Shown: positions 8,963 to 19,953, numbered from the stretch's first letter. The stretch is DNA of 64,000 nt from Candidatus Carthagonibacter metallireducens (GCA_023554445.1 JAMJQQ010000119.1:1925-65924); one strand, 5' to 3'. The notes: generated from the sequence alone by a model not told the origin. Numbers and translations are program-made.

Positions 8963-10741
8963 TCAACCGCCCAGAAGGGCTTCGATCTCGTCCATGATCA
9001 TCTCCATGCGCCGGAGAAGCGCCCGATACGGCTCCGGGTTGCCGAGGTCCACGCCGGCCCGGACCATCAGCTCGTACGGGTAGTCCGACCCTCCGGCTCG
9101 CAGCAGGTCGAGGAATCGCCCCCCTGCTCCGCTGTCCCCGGCGAGCAATTGCTCCGCCATCAGGGCGGATGCGGCTACGGAAGTAGCGTACTGGTATACA
9201 TAGAAGTTGTAGTAGAAATGCGGGATATAGGCCCATTCCACGGTGTAGGCGTCGTCTATGTCCACGACGCCCGCGTCATGCCCGTGATACCGTCGCACGA
9301 GTTCGCCGTACATGGCCGTCAGGCGGTCGCCCGACAGCGCCTCTCCCCCCTCGACGACTTCGTGAATCGCAAGTTCGTATTCTGCGAACATCGTCTGCCG
9401 GAAAAAGGTCCCGCGAAGGCCCTCCAGAGCATGACCGAGGAAGAAGATCCTCTCATCGTCGGTCTCCGATCGCTTCAGCAACCGATCCAGCAGGAGTGCC
9501 TCGATGAAAGTGGAGGCGACCTCAGCCGTGAAGATCGAGTAGCCGGCATTGACGAAATCCTGCGAACGGTTCGCGAGGCTCGAATGCAGCGCGTGTCCCC
9601 ATTCGTGGGCCAGGGTCGAGACGGAGCGATAGTCGTCCGTGAAATTCATCAGTACGTAGGGGTGGACATCGTAGACATGACCGTTCATGTACGCCCCCGG
9701 CCGTTTGCCGGGACGGGGGTAGACGTCCATCCACCCGCCGTCGAACCCCTGCTGAATGATCTCGATCGCTTCCGGACCGAGGGGTTCGACAGCCTCGAGA
9801 ACGATCGTCCGGGCCTCGTCGATGTCGAATCTCCGATCGGTCTTCACCAGCGGAGGGTAGATGTCGAAGTAGGCCAGCTGATCGATGCCCAGCAGTCGGG
9901 CCCTGAGACGGAAGTAGCGATGGAGGACCGGGAGACCCGCATTCGCTTCCTCGATCAGCGTGCGGTACACCCGCTCCGGGATATGGTCGGAATTCAGGGC
10001 TGCGGCCAGCGAGCTCGGGTACTTGCGGACGCGCGCCCGGAACAGGTCGCGCTTGACCTGACCGTACAGCGTCGCGCCAAAGGTGCGGGCGTACTCCTGC
10101 CACCTGGTCCAGAAGGCCTCGAACACGATTTCCCGGTCTTCCCGGATCGGCGAGGCTCGCAGCCGGGCGTAGGCCGACTGGTCCAGCCGTTCTTCCGAAC
10201 CGTCTGACAGCACGACCGTAGGCCACGGCATGTCGGCGTTGGCCAGCATTCCGTACACGGAGTAGGGTGAATCCGTAATCAGGCCGGCCGTCGCCACGAT
10301 CTCCTCTTCAGCCGGCGAAAGCGTGTGAGCTGCTCGCCTGAGGAGGTCATCCAGTCCGTGGGCGTAAACCTTCAGCGGAGCGAATTCCTCGAGCCAGGAT
10401 CGAACCGTCGCCTCACCGATTTCCAGTATCTCGGGGTCGACGAAGCTCGCTGCTTCCGACAGCGCGGTTCCCACCAGTCGCGCCCGCTGCTCCATCTCCG
10501 CCGTCTCCCCCAATCGCGTGTCCTCGTGATACCGCATCGAGGCGTACGAGGAAGCGCGGTAGAGTCGCTTCAGGCCGTCGTAGTACGAATCCAGACATTC
10601 GACGAGGACGCCGGGGCCCTCGGCCAGCCGCCCCCGGAAGGCCGAAATCCGTTCCGGCAGCTTGGCCAGTTCCGCGAGGTCCGCCTCCCAGTCCGACCGA
10701 TCCGGATAGATGTCCTCGAGCCGCCAGCGATCGACACTCAC
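8963..10741 (-). CDS. pepF: Oligoendopeptidase F (M3B)
   Basis: RWRLEDIY, WMDVYPRPGKRPGAY, TLAHEWGHALHS, AEVAST, WAYIPHFY; GTG start overlaps the EVE stop. Confidence 0.92.
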   Translation of the reverse strand: MSVDRWRLEDIYPDRSDWEADLAELAKLPERISAFRGRLAEGPGVLVECLDSYYDGLKRLYRASSYASMRYHEDTRLGETAEMEQRARLVGTALSEAASFVDPEILEIGEATVRSWLEEFAPLKVYAHGLDDLLRRAAHTLSPAEEEIVATAGLITDSPYSVYGMLANADMPWPTVVLSDGSEERLDQSAYARLRASPIREDREIVFEAFWTRWQEYARTFGATLYGQVKRDLFRARVRKYPSSLAAALNSDHIPERVYRTLIEEANAGLPVLHRYFRLRARLLGIDQLAYFDIYPPLVKTDRRFDIDEARTIVLEAVEPLGPEAIEIIQQGFDGGWMDVYPRPGKRPGAYMNGHVYDVHPYVLMNFTDDYRSVSTLAHEWGHALHSSLANRSQDFVNAGYSIFTAEVASTFIEALLLDRLLKRSETDDERIFFLGHALEGLRGTFFRQTMFAEYELAIHEVVEGGEALSGDRLTAMYGELVRRYHGHDAGVVDIDDAYTVEWAYIPHFYYNFYVYQYATSVAASALMAEQLLAGDSGAGGRFLDLLRAGGSDYPYELMVRAGVDLGNPEPYRALLRRMEMIMDEIEALLGG

Positions 10742-11202
10742 GACGCCTCTCCGCGTGCCAGTTCGACGACCCGGTCGAAGTGTCGCCTGTCCACCGGTTG
10801 GACGGACAGCCTGCTCTTCCCGGTCACCAGCATCCCTTCGAGCGCCGGCTCGGCCTTCAACTCTGAAAGCGGCACGGGGCGAGGAAGCTCTTCGACGAAG
10901 GCGATGTCGACCATCCACCATCGGGGCTCCTCGGGACTCGACTTCGGGTCGAAGTAGCGGCTTTCCGGGTCCCACGAGGTGTGGTCCGGGTAAGCCTCCC
11001 TGCACACCCGCGCAATCCCGACGACGGAAGGAGGGTTCGCGTTGGAATGGTAGAACAGGACCGCATCGTCCTGCTGCATCTCGCGCATCAGGTTGCGCGC
11101 CTGGTAGTTACGCACGCCATCCCAGCATGTGGATCCGTCCCGTTCCAGATCGTCTATGGAGTAGGCGCCAGGCTCTGATTTCATCAGCCAGCAATTCGAC
11201 AT
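10738..11202 (-). CDS. EVE domain protein
   Basis: WLMKSEP, WDGVRNYQARN, FYHS, YPD, RLSVQPV. Confidence 0.92.
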   Translation of the reverse strand: MSNCWLMKSEPGAYSIDDLERDGSTCWDGVRNYQARNLMREMQQDDAVLFYHSNANPPSVVGIARVCREAYPDHTSWDPESRYFDPKSSPEEPRWWMVDIAFVEELPRPVPLSELKAEPALEGMLVTGKSRLSVQPVDRRHFDRVVELARGEAS

Positions 11203-11369
11203 TGAAGCGCTCCCTTGGAGGTCACGTCCCACCGAACCCTCGGCGACCGCGAGGCGGCGCCGGAATCGGGCCGCGATCAGGATACGGGAAGGCCGCCGCG
11301 GCGCAACCTCGGTGCCGGGACTGTCCGGTCATTCCCGTGCGTCAAAGCCTCGGTTGAGGCTCGACAAAC

Positions 11370-11917
11370 TCAGGTATGCGGCGTGGTCGCGGACCCGGCA
11401 ACCAGCAGGGACGAGCATTCCGTGCAGAATCGCTCGCTCTTCAGGTCGACGTCTTCGACATAGGTGGAGGACGACATCACGCAGGATCTGTCCGGGCAAT
11501 GGACCAGCCCGAAGCCATGTCCGAGCTCATGTACGACTTCCTTGACCGCTCGATCGACCAGGAGTCGTTCGTCGGTGGGCAGACCATAGAACTCGGTGTG
11601 CAGACGCATCACAGACACGACGGCGGCCGGACCTCCCAGTTGGGCCTGCCCGAACACGAAGGTGAGCACGGGAATGAACAGATCCTCCGCCGTGATTCCG
11701 ACGATCCTGCCGCCCGAGGCGGGCAGATGGCGAAGCAGCTCCGCGAGCAGGAGCGTGGCGTGATATTGCTGCCGTTCGGGGGCATAGAAGGGCGCGAGAT
11801 CAATACCGAGGGGCTCGGCACGAACGAAATGGTCTGTCGCCGCGGCCACCCGACGGCGCAGTTCTTCCGACCACGTCGGCCGGAAGCTCCCCAGGTGCGC
11901 CAGCAGGATCTCCGGCT

Positions 11918-11921
<4 letters not shown>
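11370..11921 (-). CDS. Archaemetzincin-family Zn metalloprotease (M54)
   Basis: RQQYHAT, DLFIPVLTFVFGQAQLGG, KEVVHELGHGFGLVHCPDRSCVM...FCTEC. Confidence 0.9.
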
Positions 11922-13253
<1,332 letters not shown>

Positions 13254-13264
<11 letters not shown>

Positions 13265-14942
13265 CAGATCTCCTCGCGGCCGTACCGCTGCCGGCTGCGA
13301 CAGCGACCGATTCGAATTCCGGCCGGTAGGGCCGGGTGGGCTGCCTGGGCAGCCGCAGCGTGAAGGTGGTCCCCTTGCCGGGTGCCGAATCGACCAGAAT
13401 CTCTCCCCCATGCCGGCGAACGATTCCGAATACGACGGCCAGACCGAGCCCGACACCCTTGGTTTCGTTCTTCGTGCTGAAGAAGGGATCGAAGATGCGG
13501 TCCCTGACTTCGGGTGGAATGCCGGAGCCGATATCCGCTACGCCGAGTCGCACGAAGCGGTCGTCGGTCGGATCGGAACCCGTGGTCAGAGTGAGACTTC
13601 CCCCCTCCGGCATCGCCTCGATCGCGTTGATCATCAGCGCCAGCAGAGACTGGACGATCTGTTCGCCGTCGCAGACGACTTCGTCGTCCTCGAGGGCCAG
13701 GTCCGTCTGGAGCTCCACCTCGCTGAGCTGCATGTGATGGCCCATCAGGCTGATCGCATGATCGACCAGGGAATGAAGGTGCTCCGGGGCCAGTTCGTGC
13801 GTTCCTTCCCGCGCGTACGTGAGCAGGTCGCGCACGATGTTGCCGCAGCGGACCGACTCCGAACGGATCAGCTCGAGGTTCTCGAGCGTTCTCTCGCGGG
13901 CCTCACCCGGCGGCATCTCCCGCTCCACCTTGCGAGCCACCAGCCGCGAACAGGTAAGGATCCCGGAGAGCGGATTGTTCAGCTCGTGGGCGACGGTCGC
14001 CGCCATCTTGCCCAGTGAAGAGGTCTTTTCCACCTGCACCATCTGTTTGTGTATCGCAGCCAGTTCCTGCGTCTTGTCTCGTACCCTCTCGGCGAGAGTG
14101 TCGGACCAGTGCCTGAGTTCGTCGTTCGCCTGCTTCAGACTGCCGGCCATTCGATTGAAGGAGTCCGCCAGCTGTCCGAGCTCGTCGGTTCGTTCCTCGG
14201 GAATACGGATGTCGAGGTCGCCGGCCGCCAGCGCCTCCGTACCCTTGATCAACTGGCGAGTGGGCTGGTGCACACCACGGTGTACGATGAAGGCCAGGGC
14301 GGCTCCTAGCAGCAGGGCGATTGCCACTCCGATCGCGAGACTGGATCGCTCCGCCCGGAGCATCGCCGCATCCGTCTTGGCGAGGGACATCTGGACATCC
14401 AGTACGCCGAGCACCGTGTCATCCTGGTCATGCACGTGGCAGGCATCGGCACATCCCTGACGGTTCCGGATCGGCGTAATCAGTCGCAGTACTCGAAAGC
14501 CGGCTTCGTGCACGTGGATCTGGGAGAGATCCTCGATGCTGGGTGACGAAAGTGGGAGCTCCGTCTCATGGCAGGCGAAACACGCCTCCGCCTGCATGTC
14601 GACGCGGGTACCGAGCTCAGCCGAGTCTGAGGAGAACGCGACTTCTCCTCGCTTGTTGTAGATCCGGACTCCGACGACGTCCGGCCCCTCACCGAGGCTG
14701 CGAATCGCGTCGTTGATGTGCTGCCGGTTGTTCTCGGCCATCTCGGTGAGGAGGCTTCCCTCGAGGAAGGTGCTCGCCCGCTCCGCTCCGGAGAGCACCT
14801 CCTCCTGCACCACTCGCGTCCGAATCCAGTTGGCGATCTGGTGATTGCCGAGCAGAATCAGCAGTACGGCGCCGAGGAGCACGACGAAGAGGCGAGCGCT
14901 CAGGGACGAGCGGATTCTCGTGGGCCAGGACGAGGAGGCCAT
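13254..14942 (-). CDS. Membrane sensor histidine kinase with periplasmic heme-c-type motifs and HAMP domain
   Basis: Two TM segments flanking CFACH and CADACH; HAMP (DELGQLADSFN); H-box VAHELNNPL; DPFFSTK, GVGLGL. Confidence 0.92.
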
Positions 14943-15092
14943 GTGAGTCCTCTGTGTTTCGTAGGGGCCTGCCGCACCCGGGTCCGGTTGGCGCGGAGCG
15001 GGGCCCTCCGACGACCGCTCAGCGCAGCAGAATACGTGCCGAAGTCCAGCGGACGGGACTGACGCGGGAAGGTGCCTGCGTTTCCCTCGAGC

Positions 15093-15878
15093 TCAGAACA
15101 GGGCGTCGATCATGGCGGCGAAGCGGTCCGGTCCGAGTACTCTCTCGAGATCCAGCTGTGGCTCCCCTCCATCGGCCATGACGGCACCCAGCTGGAGGCG
15201 ATCCGAATCGAGCGCGCCGCGGATGTGACTCTTCAGGATTCGAAGCCTGCGCAGGTGCCAGATCAGCGCATCTTCTCCCCGGAACAGTCTCGGCACCTCG
15301 GAAGGCCGAACCGCCGCTCGGACGCGAAACAGCCAATTGTCGCGTCCATCCACGTGTCCCGACCCTCCGATCTCGTCCACCAGCGGTTCGTTGACCTCCG
15401 TAACGGTGCCTCCTACCGGAAGACGAATGGGGATCGCCCGCTCCGACCGAAGCAGCCAGCCGCACGTCTCGCCCTCTTCGAAGCTGACTCCGGTGCGAGG
15501 TGCGACGATTTCCTCGACGGGCTCCAGTATCCTCCAGACGCAGCCGACCAGGCCGACTTCGAGCTCGTTGGAATCGCCTGCTGGACGAGCCCACACACCG
15601 TCTCCTCCGTACCAACGACCGAGGTCCAGGCGACAGCCGGCCAGGAGTTGCGAGACAAACTGGCCCACTTCGGCCTCCAGACGCCGCTGAGTCTGGGACA
15701 GATTCGGACACCGCACCGCCGACTCATCGTCGATTGCGTGACCTCCGGAGAGGGCGTGATAGAGCTCACAGCTGTCACAATCGTATTCCCGGTCGCACGG
15801 ATGCATACCGAGCACCCCCGCCAGTGACCACACGCACGGGAGCTCCGAATTCGGATTCGCAGATTCGCTTCGATTCAT
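15093..15878 (-). CDS. Soluble GcvH-like protein with N-terminal Cys4 motif; no ESxK lipoyl motif
   Basis: CVWSLAGV..CDREYDCDSC; VWAR..LEVGL; LPVGGTVTEVNE; NWLFRV; ADGGE tail. Confidence 0.72.
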   Translation of the reverse strand: MNRSESANPNSELPCVWSLAGVLGMHPCDREYDCDSCELYHALSGGHAIDDESAVRCPNLSQTQRRLEAEVGQFVSQLLAGCRLDLGRWYGGDGVWARPAGDSNELEVGLVGCVWRILEPVEEIVAPRTGVSFEEGETCGWLLRSERAIPIRLPVGGTVTEVNEPLVDEIGGSGHVDGRDNWLFRVRAAVRPSEVPRLFRGEDALIWHLRRLRILKSHIRGALDSDRLQLGAVMADGGEPQLDLERVLGPDRFAAMIDALF

Positions 15879-15929
15879 CGGTCCCCCCTCGCCTGCTGGG
15901 ACGATCGGACGACTCAGCCGGTGCGCTTC

Positions 15930-16685
15930 TCAAGCCTTTACGTTCTCGTCTTCCGCGACATCCATCGGGGAGACGAGCAGGAAGCTGCGCACGATCTCCT
16001 CCCAGTCCTCGGGGGCGAGAGTTCGTGCCAGTCCAAATCGGGGCTCTCCTCCGTCGGCCAGTACGGCCCCGAGCGCGCTTTCCGGCGCGCTGACTGCGAG
16101 CCCCTGGAGCGACCGCTCCGCCATTTCCGCCCACGAGCGAGCCAGGCTGCCGGTGAGGAGGTTTCGACGCACAGGCTCGATGGAAGGAACACGCACCCTC
16201 ATCAACCAGCCATCGCCATACGGGTCTCGACTCGCCGTCGAGGGCTCGTCGATCACCCGATCATTGAGCTGAACCACCTCCCCGTCGACCGGCGAGACCA
16301 TCGGCAGTTCCCGCCCCCCGGCGGTAATCGTCCATGCCGGTCCGCCCGCACTCAGCCGTGTGCCTTCGGGCGGTAGCTGAATCCGGTCGGGCGGGCCGAT
16401 CAGACGGCGCGCAAAATCGTCCCAGCCGATCACGACCTCTCCGTCGCTTCCTGCCATGCGGGCCCAGGAGTGCCCCGGGTGAAAGAACACACCGTTGCCC
16501 GGAAGAGCGACCCCACGGAGAAGGCTTCTCCAGTCCGCCTCCCTCTCCCGATGTGACTCGGACACCGCAACTTTCGGCGCCCGAATGAGTTGCCAGGCGA
16601 CGGTGAGGAGCAGCAGGAAGCTGATGACGACGATGTATTCGATGCCCTTCGTTCCGAACAGCTCGGGCTGAACCATGGCGTACAT
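15930..16685 (-). CDS. Membrane-anchored GcvH-like protein (N-terminal FGTKGIEY + TM helix)
   Basis: FHPGHSWAR, VVIGWDDFA, SPVDGEVVQLN, DPYGDGWLMRV (GcvH fold); ADGGE tail. Confidence 0.8.
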   Translation of the reverse strand: MYAMVQPELFGTKGIEYIVVISFLLLLTVAWQLIRAPKVAVSESHREREADWRSLLRGVALPGNGVFFHPGHSWARMAGSDGEVVIGWDDFARRLIGPPDRIQLPPEGTRLSAGGPAWTITAGGRELPMVSPVDGEVVQLNDRVIDEPSTASRDPYGDGWLMRVRVPSIEPVRRNLLTGSLARSWAEMAERSLQGLAVSAPESALGAVLADGGEPRFGLARTLAPEDWEEIVRSFLLVSPMDVAEDENVKA

Positions 16686-16704
16686 GGCGAAGCGTCCTTT
16701 CCGT

Positions 16705-17964
16705 TCACGCCGCCGTGGCGGCAGAGGCGTCCGCGGGTCGTCCTTCCTGCGGCCGAACGTGGAAGTCCAGCACCGGCATCCGGTTGATGACCCATCGGAA
16801 CACCCAGATCTCGGCGGATATCACACCCAGCGTAACTACGATCTCCTGCCACGACGGTACGTATCGGACAGGCGCATTCCACTGGAACCCGATGACCGTG
16901 ACGTTCAGTCGATTGATGATGATCCCGACCAGCGTGAGAACCGCGGCCGATTTGATCCACCGCGTGTCCCTGCGACGAGCGCCGACCAAGAAGAGCACCG
17001 CCGGCAACGCGACGAGCCCGACGATTTCGAGGAGGTACCAGGCGCCCCAGCCCGTGCCCATCCATGCGGCCCTGCCCTGGTGCACGAAAGTGATCACCTG
17101 GACGCCGAGATACGCGAACATCGTCCCGGCACAGATGCGTGAGAGTCCGATCAGGATTCCATCGTGCCCCTCGCGCAACGGCTGGCCCAGCCGATCCCGA
17201 AACACCTTGTGGGTGATCGTTCCCTCGAAGATCACCATGGAGAGTCCGGCGAAGATGCTGGAGACCAGGAAGAGAATCGGGATGAACTCCGAGTACCAGA
17301 GGGGGTGAATCTTCGTCTCGGCCATCAGGTAGAGCGCTCCGAGCCCCGACTGGTGCAGGGTCGAAAGCGTGATACCCAGCACCACCGCACCCAGGGTCAG
17401 AGCGTGAAGGCGCTTTCGAAGCTTCGGCCAACCGGCCCATTCGGCGATCACCGGTGAGAACTCCACCAGCTCCGCCGTCATGTAGAGGAGGAAATGCCAG
17501 GCGACCAGGAATAGAACCGAGCTCACCCCGAAGGAATTGCCGATGATCGGGTTGATCACGTTCCATGGACGACCCAGGTCCAGGAGAAGGGCTCCGGCGT
17601 AGAAGACGTACGCGAGGAAGCCGTTGAGAACGGTCACCCGAACGATCGGCTCGTATTTCTCGAGGCGCAGAATGTAGACCATGAAGGTGATGACATAGGC
17701 GCCGCCCGCGAGAGCGACCCCTGTAACCACGTCGAATCCGATCCACAGCCCCCACGGAACATCCTGAGACAGATTCGTTATCGTGCCCAGTCCTCCCGCG
17801 AACCGGATCGTCAGGAGCACGATCGTCACCAGGATCAGGGCTCCCGTCACGATGTTGAACGGGGTCAGCACCGGCCCCCTGGGCTTGAGCTCACCGAGCA
17901 GGAAGCGACCGAATCCACGGATTCCGCCGGAAGGTCGTGTCTGGAGCGAAGTAATCGTCGCCAC
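16705..17964 (-). CDS. NrfD/PsrC-family membrane subunit (HybB/HmcC-like)
   Basis: GLGTITNLSQDVPWGLWIGFDVVTGVALAGG, LLDLGRPW, LSTLHQSGLG, KIHPLW, INRLN, YVPSWQE. Confidence 0.9.
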   Translation of the reverse strand: MATITSLQTRPSGGIRGFGRFLLGELKPRGPVLTPFNIVTGALILVTIVLLTIRFAGGLGTITNLSQDVPWGLWIGFDVVTGVALAGGAYVITFMVYILRLEKYEPIVRVTVLNGFLAYVFYAGALLLDLGRPWNVINPIIGNSFGVSSVLFLVAWHFLLYMTAELVEFSPVIAEWAGWPKLRKRLHALTLGAVVLGITLSTLHQSGLGALYLMAETKIHPLWYSEFIPILFLVSSIFAGLSMVIFEGTITHKVFRDRLGQPLREGHDGILIGLSRICAGTMFAYLGVQVITFVHQGRAAWMGTGWGAWYLLEIVGLVALPAVLFLVGARRRDTRWIKSAAVLTLVGIIINRLNVTVIGFQWNAPVRYVPSWQEIVVTLGVISAEIWVFRWVINRMPVLDFHVRPQEGRPADASAATAA

Positions 17965-17965
17965 G

Positions 17966-18862
17966 CTACACCTCCTCTCGCGTGTCGTCGCCCGAACGCC
18001 GTGTCGCCTCGCTGATCCCCAGAAGGAGAGGCGGTACGAGGGTGATCACGAAGGGAACCGCGTAGAGGAATTCTTTGGTGAGCGCCGGGACCGGCTCCAC
18101 GCCGACGTCCGATCGCAGTCCGATCTCCTCGAAGGGAACCGCGGAGAGGTAGAGCCAGCTCGTTCCACCGACTTCGTGCTCACCCCAGACTCGATGGACG
18201 TACTTGTCGGGCTCCGACCATATTCTCTTGTGGCCTTCCTCGAGCATCTCCGCCCGGGTTCCGAATTGTGTCGCCCCGGCCGGACAGCCCTCCACGCAGG
18301 CGGGGACTTCGCCCTCGTCCAGACGCGCGAAGCACATCTGACACTTCCTGATCCTGGGGTTCGCGCTGAAGTACTCGAACTTCGGCACGTCGAAGGGACA
18401 GGAGACCATGCAGTACCGGCACCCCATGCACTTGTCCGCTCGCCAGACCACAGGACCCTCAGAGGTCTTGTGCATGGCCTGAGTCAGGCAGGCCGAGGCA
18501 CAGGCCGGTGTCAGGCAGTGGAAGCACTGCGTCTTGACGCTGACTGTCCCCTTCGAGGTTTCGTACTGGTTCACGACGGTGAAGCGCGTGTCATCCGTCC
18601 GTCGCCGTGCGGAGAAGTCCACCTTCGGCTCAGGTTCCGGCAGATCGTTCTGGTTCGCGCAGGCGAGCTCGCACATGCGGCAACCCATGCACTTGGTCGT
18701 GTCCACGAGCACCGCCATGGGCTCGGCTGCCGGGTCGGTCGTCGCCTCCGGTAGAGATGTGGCCGCTCGTGCGACCTTCGAGTGCCCTCGCAGATCGCGG
18801 CCGACGGCCACTGATCCGCCCAGGACACACAACGACCGAACGACATCTCGTCTCTTCATCAC
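17966..18862 (-). CDS. Tat-exported 4x[4Fe-4S] protein (HybA/HmcB-like) with C-terminal TM anchor
   Basis: KRRDVVR twin-Arg; CMGCRMCELAC, CFHCLTPACASAC, CMGCRYCMVSCP, KCQMC..PACVEGCP; GEHEVGGT. Confidence 0.9.
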   Translation of the reverse strand: MMKRRDVVRSLCVLGGSVAVGRDLRGHSKVARAATSLPEATTDPAAEPMAVLVDTTKCMGCRMCELACANQNDLPEPEPKVDFSARRRTDDTRFTVVNQYETSKGTVSVKTQCFHCLTPACASACLTQAMHKTSEGPVVWRADKCMGCRYCMVSCPFDVPKFEYFSANPRIRKCQMCFARLDEGEVPACVEGCPAGATQFGTRAEMLEEGHKRIWSEPDKYVHRVWGEHEVGGTSWLYLSAVPFEEIGLRSDVGVEPVPALTKEFLYAVPFVITLVPPLLLGISEATRRSGDDTREEV

Positions 18863-18948
18863 AGCCCCCTTATCGATCAGGGCGTAGCGGATCGAGGGCG
18901 GATGCCGGAATCAGGAGGAGCGTCCCGGATTCCGCCCGCATCCGAAGG

Positions 18949-19629
18949 TCAGGTGTGGAGAAAGCGGGCCTCGAATTCGGACCAGGCGTCGGCATCGAGT
19001 TCCGCCAGAGCGCCAACCGGTACCTCGCCTCCATCAGCGAGGGCCAGGCCCACCTCACCGTCGGCCAGGGCTCGCTGCAGGTATTCCCTGATTCTTCCGT
19101 AGCGGTCGCCTGCCCACTCCGTCGCAGGCGTTCCGATCATCCAGGAGGGCACGTCAAGCGCGAGGTCATCCGGCTGCACGCGGTACAACCAGGCACGATC
19201 GAGCGAATCGGCCTCATGGTCGGTCAGGCTCCCCGACGCAAATCGATTGCGTGCGGTGATCTTGCCACTGAGAGGTGCCCGGACCCGAGCTGACTTGTCG
19301 CCCGTACCTATTTCGAGGATCGGATCGCCGCGATCGAAGTGCTGGCCCGGCTCCGCGAGCGAGTACCGGGTCTGCTCCCCGACGAGGCCCTGGAGCATCG
19401 GGTGTACGCCGACTTCGACCGTTCCATCGGGAACGACGCGACTCCAGGTGAAGCCATTCTGGAGGAATATTCCCTCCGGTACCGATCCCACCCAATCCGT
19501 GAGCGGAGCCGGTCCCACACGAGCGCCGCCGGATTGCACCTCCAGCCGAGCGCGGCGAGGTCGCTCGATGAGGAGGTGATACCCTCCCAGCGCGACGACC
19601 ACGGTCATAAGAAAGGCTGCCGCAAGCAT
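18949..19629 (-). CDS. Membrane-anchored GcvH-like protein
   Basis: N-terminal hydrophobic helix; VPEGIFLQNGFTWSR, VEVGV, APLSGKITARN, AWLYRV; ADGGE tail; GGGAGGAG RBS. Confidence 0.7.
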   Translation of the reverse strand: MLAAAFLMTVVVALGGYHLLIERPRRARLEVQSGGARVGPAPLTDWVGSVPEGIFLQNGFTWSRVVPDGTVEVGVHPMLQGLVGEQTRYSLAEPGQHFDRGDPILEIGTGDKSARVRAPLSGKITARNRFASGSLTDHEADSLDRAWLYRVQPDDLALDVPSWMIGTPATEWAGDRYGRIREYLQRALADGEVGLALADGGEVPVGALAELDADAWSEFEARFLHT

Positions 19630-19721
19630 GGTCTCCTCCCCTCTGATTCAATTCCGCCGGTCACCGCGCTCTTCGTCGTTTGGTCGCGCGGTCAACAGAT
19701 CCGACAGTTGCGGAGGTGAGT

Positions 19722-19738
19722 GGCAAGAGGGGGGCCGC
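19722..19738 (-). promoter_or_regulatory. Putative sigma54 -24/-12 promoter
   Basis: Minus strand CGGCCCCCCTCTTGC = GG-N10-GC with TTGC, ~95 nt upstream of the 19629 start. Confidence 0.55.
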
Positions 19739-19835
19739 ACGGACAGAGTGTGCGGTGAGAGCTGGTAAGTCACCTACTGTTGGACCTTTACAATGCTCGA
19801 GATCGGCGGCGATGGGCAAGGACGTCAACAGGCTT

Positions 19836-19953
19836 TGTCGAATTATCCTACAGCCGGGTTGCCGCAATCCGTTCAAACTCGCCACGAAGCCCTTGAATTC
19901 AGCCACGCCCAGTTGTGGGATACTTCACCAGCCGTATGTGGAGGATTCCGACA
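19836..19953. promoter_or_regulatory. Three TGT-N11-ACA-type boxes (candidate bEBP enhancer sites)
   Basis: TGTCGAATTATCCTACA 19836-52; TGTGGGATACTTCACCA 19914-30 (imperfect); TGTGGAGGATTCCGACA 19937-53. Confidence 0.55.

Noticed and set aside
15093..19629. Glycine cleavage system or hydrogenase-2 operon
   Set aside because: No GcvP/T/L, no hydrogenase subunits or maturases, and no canonical lipoyl motif
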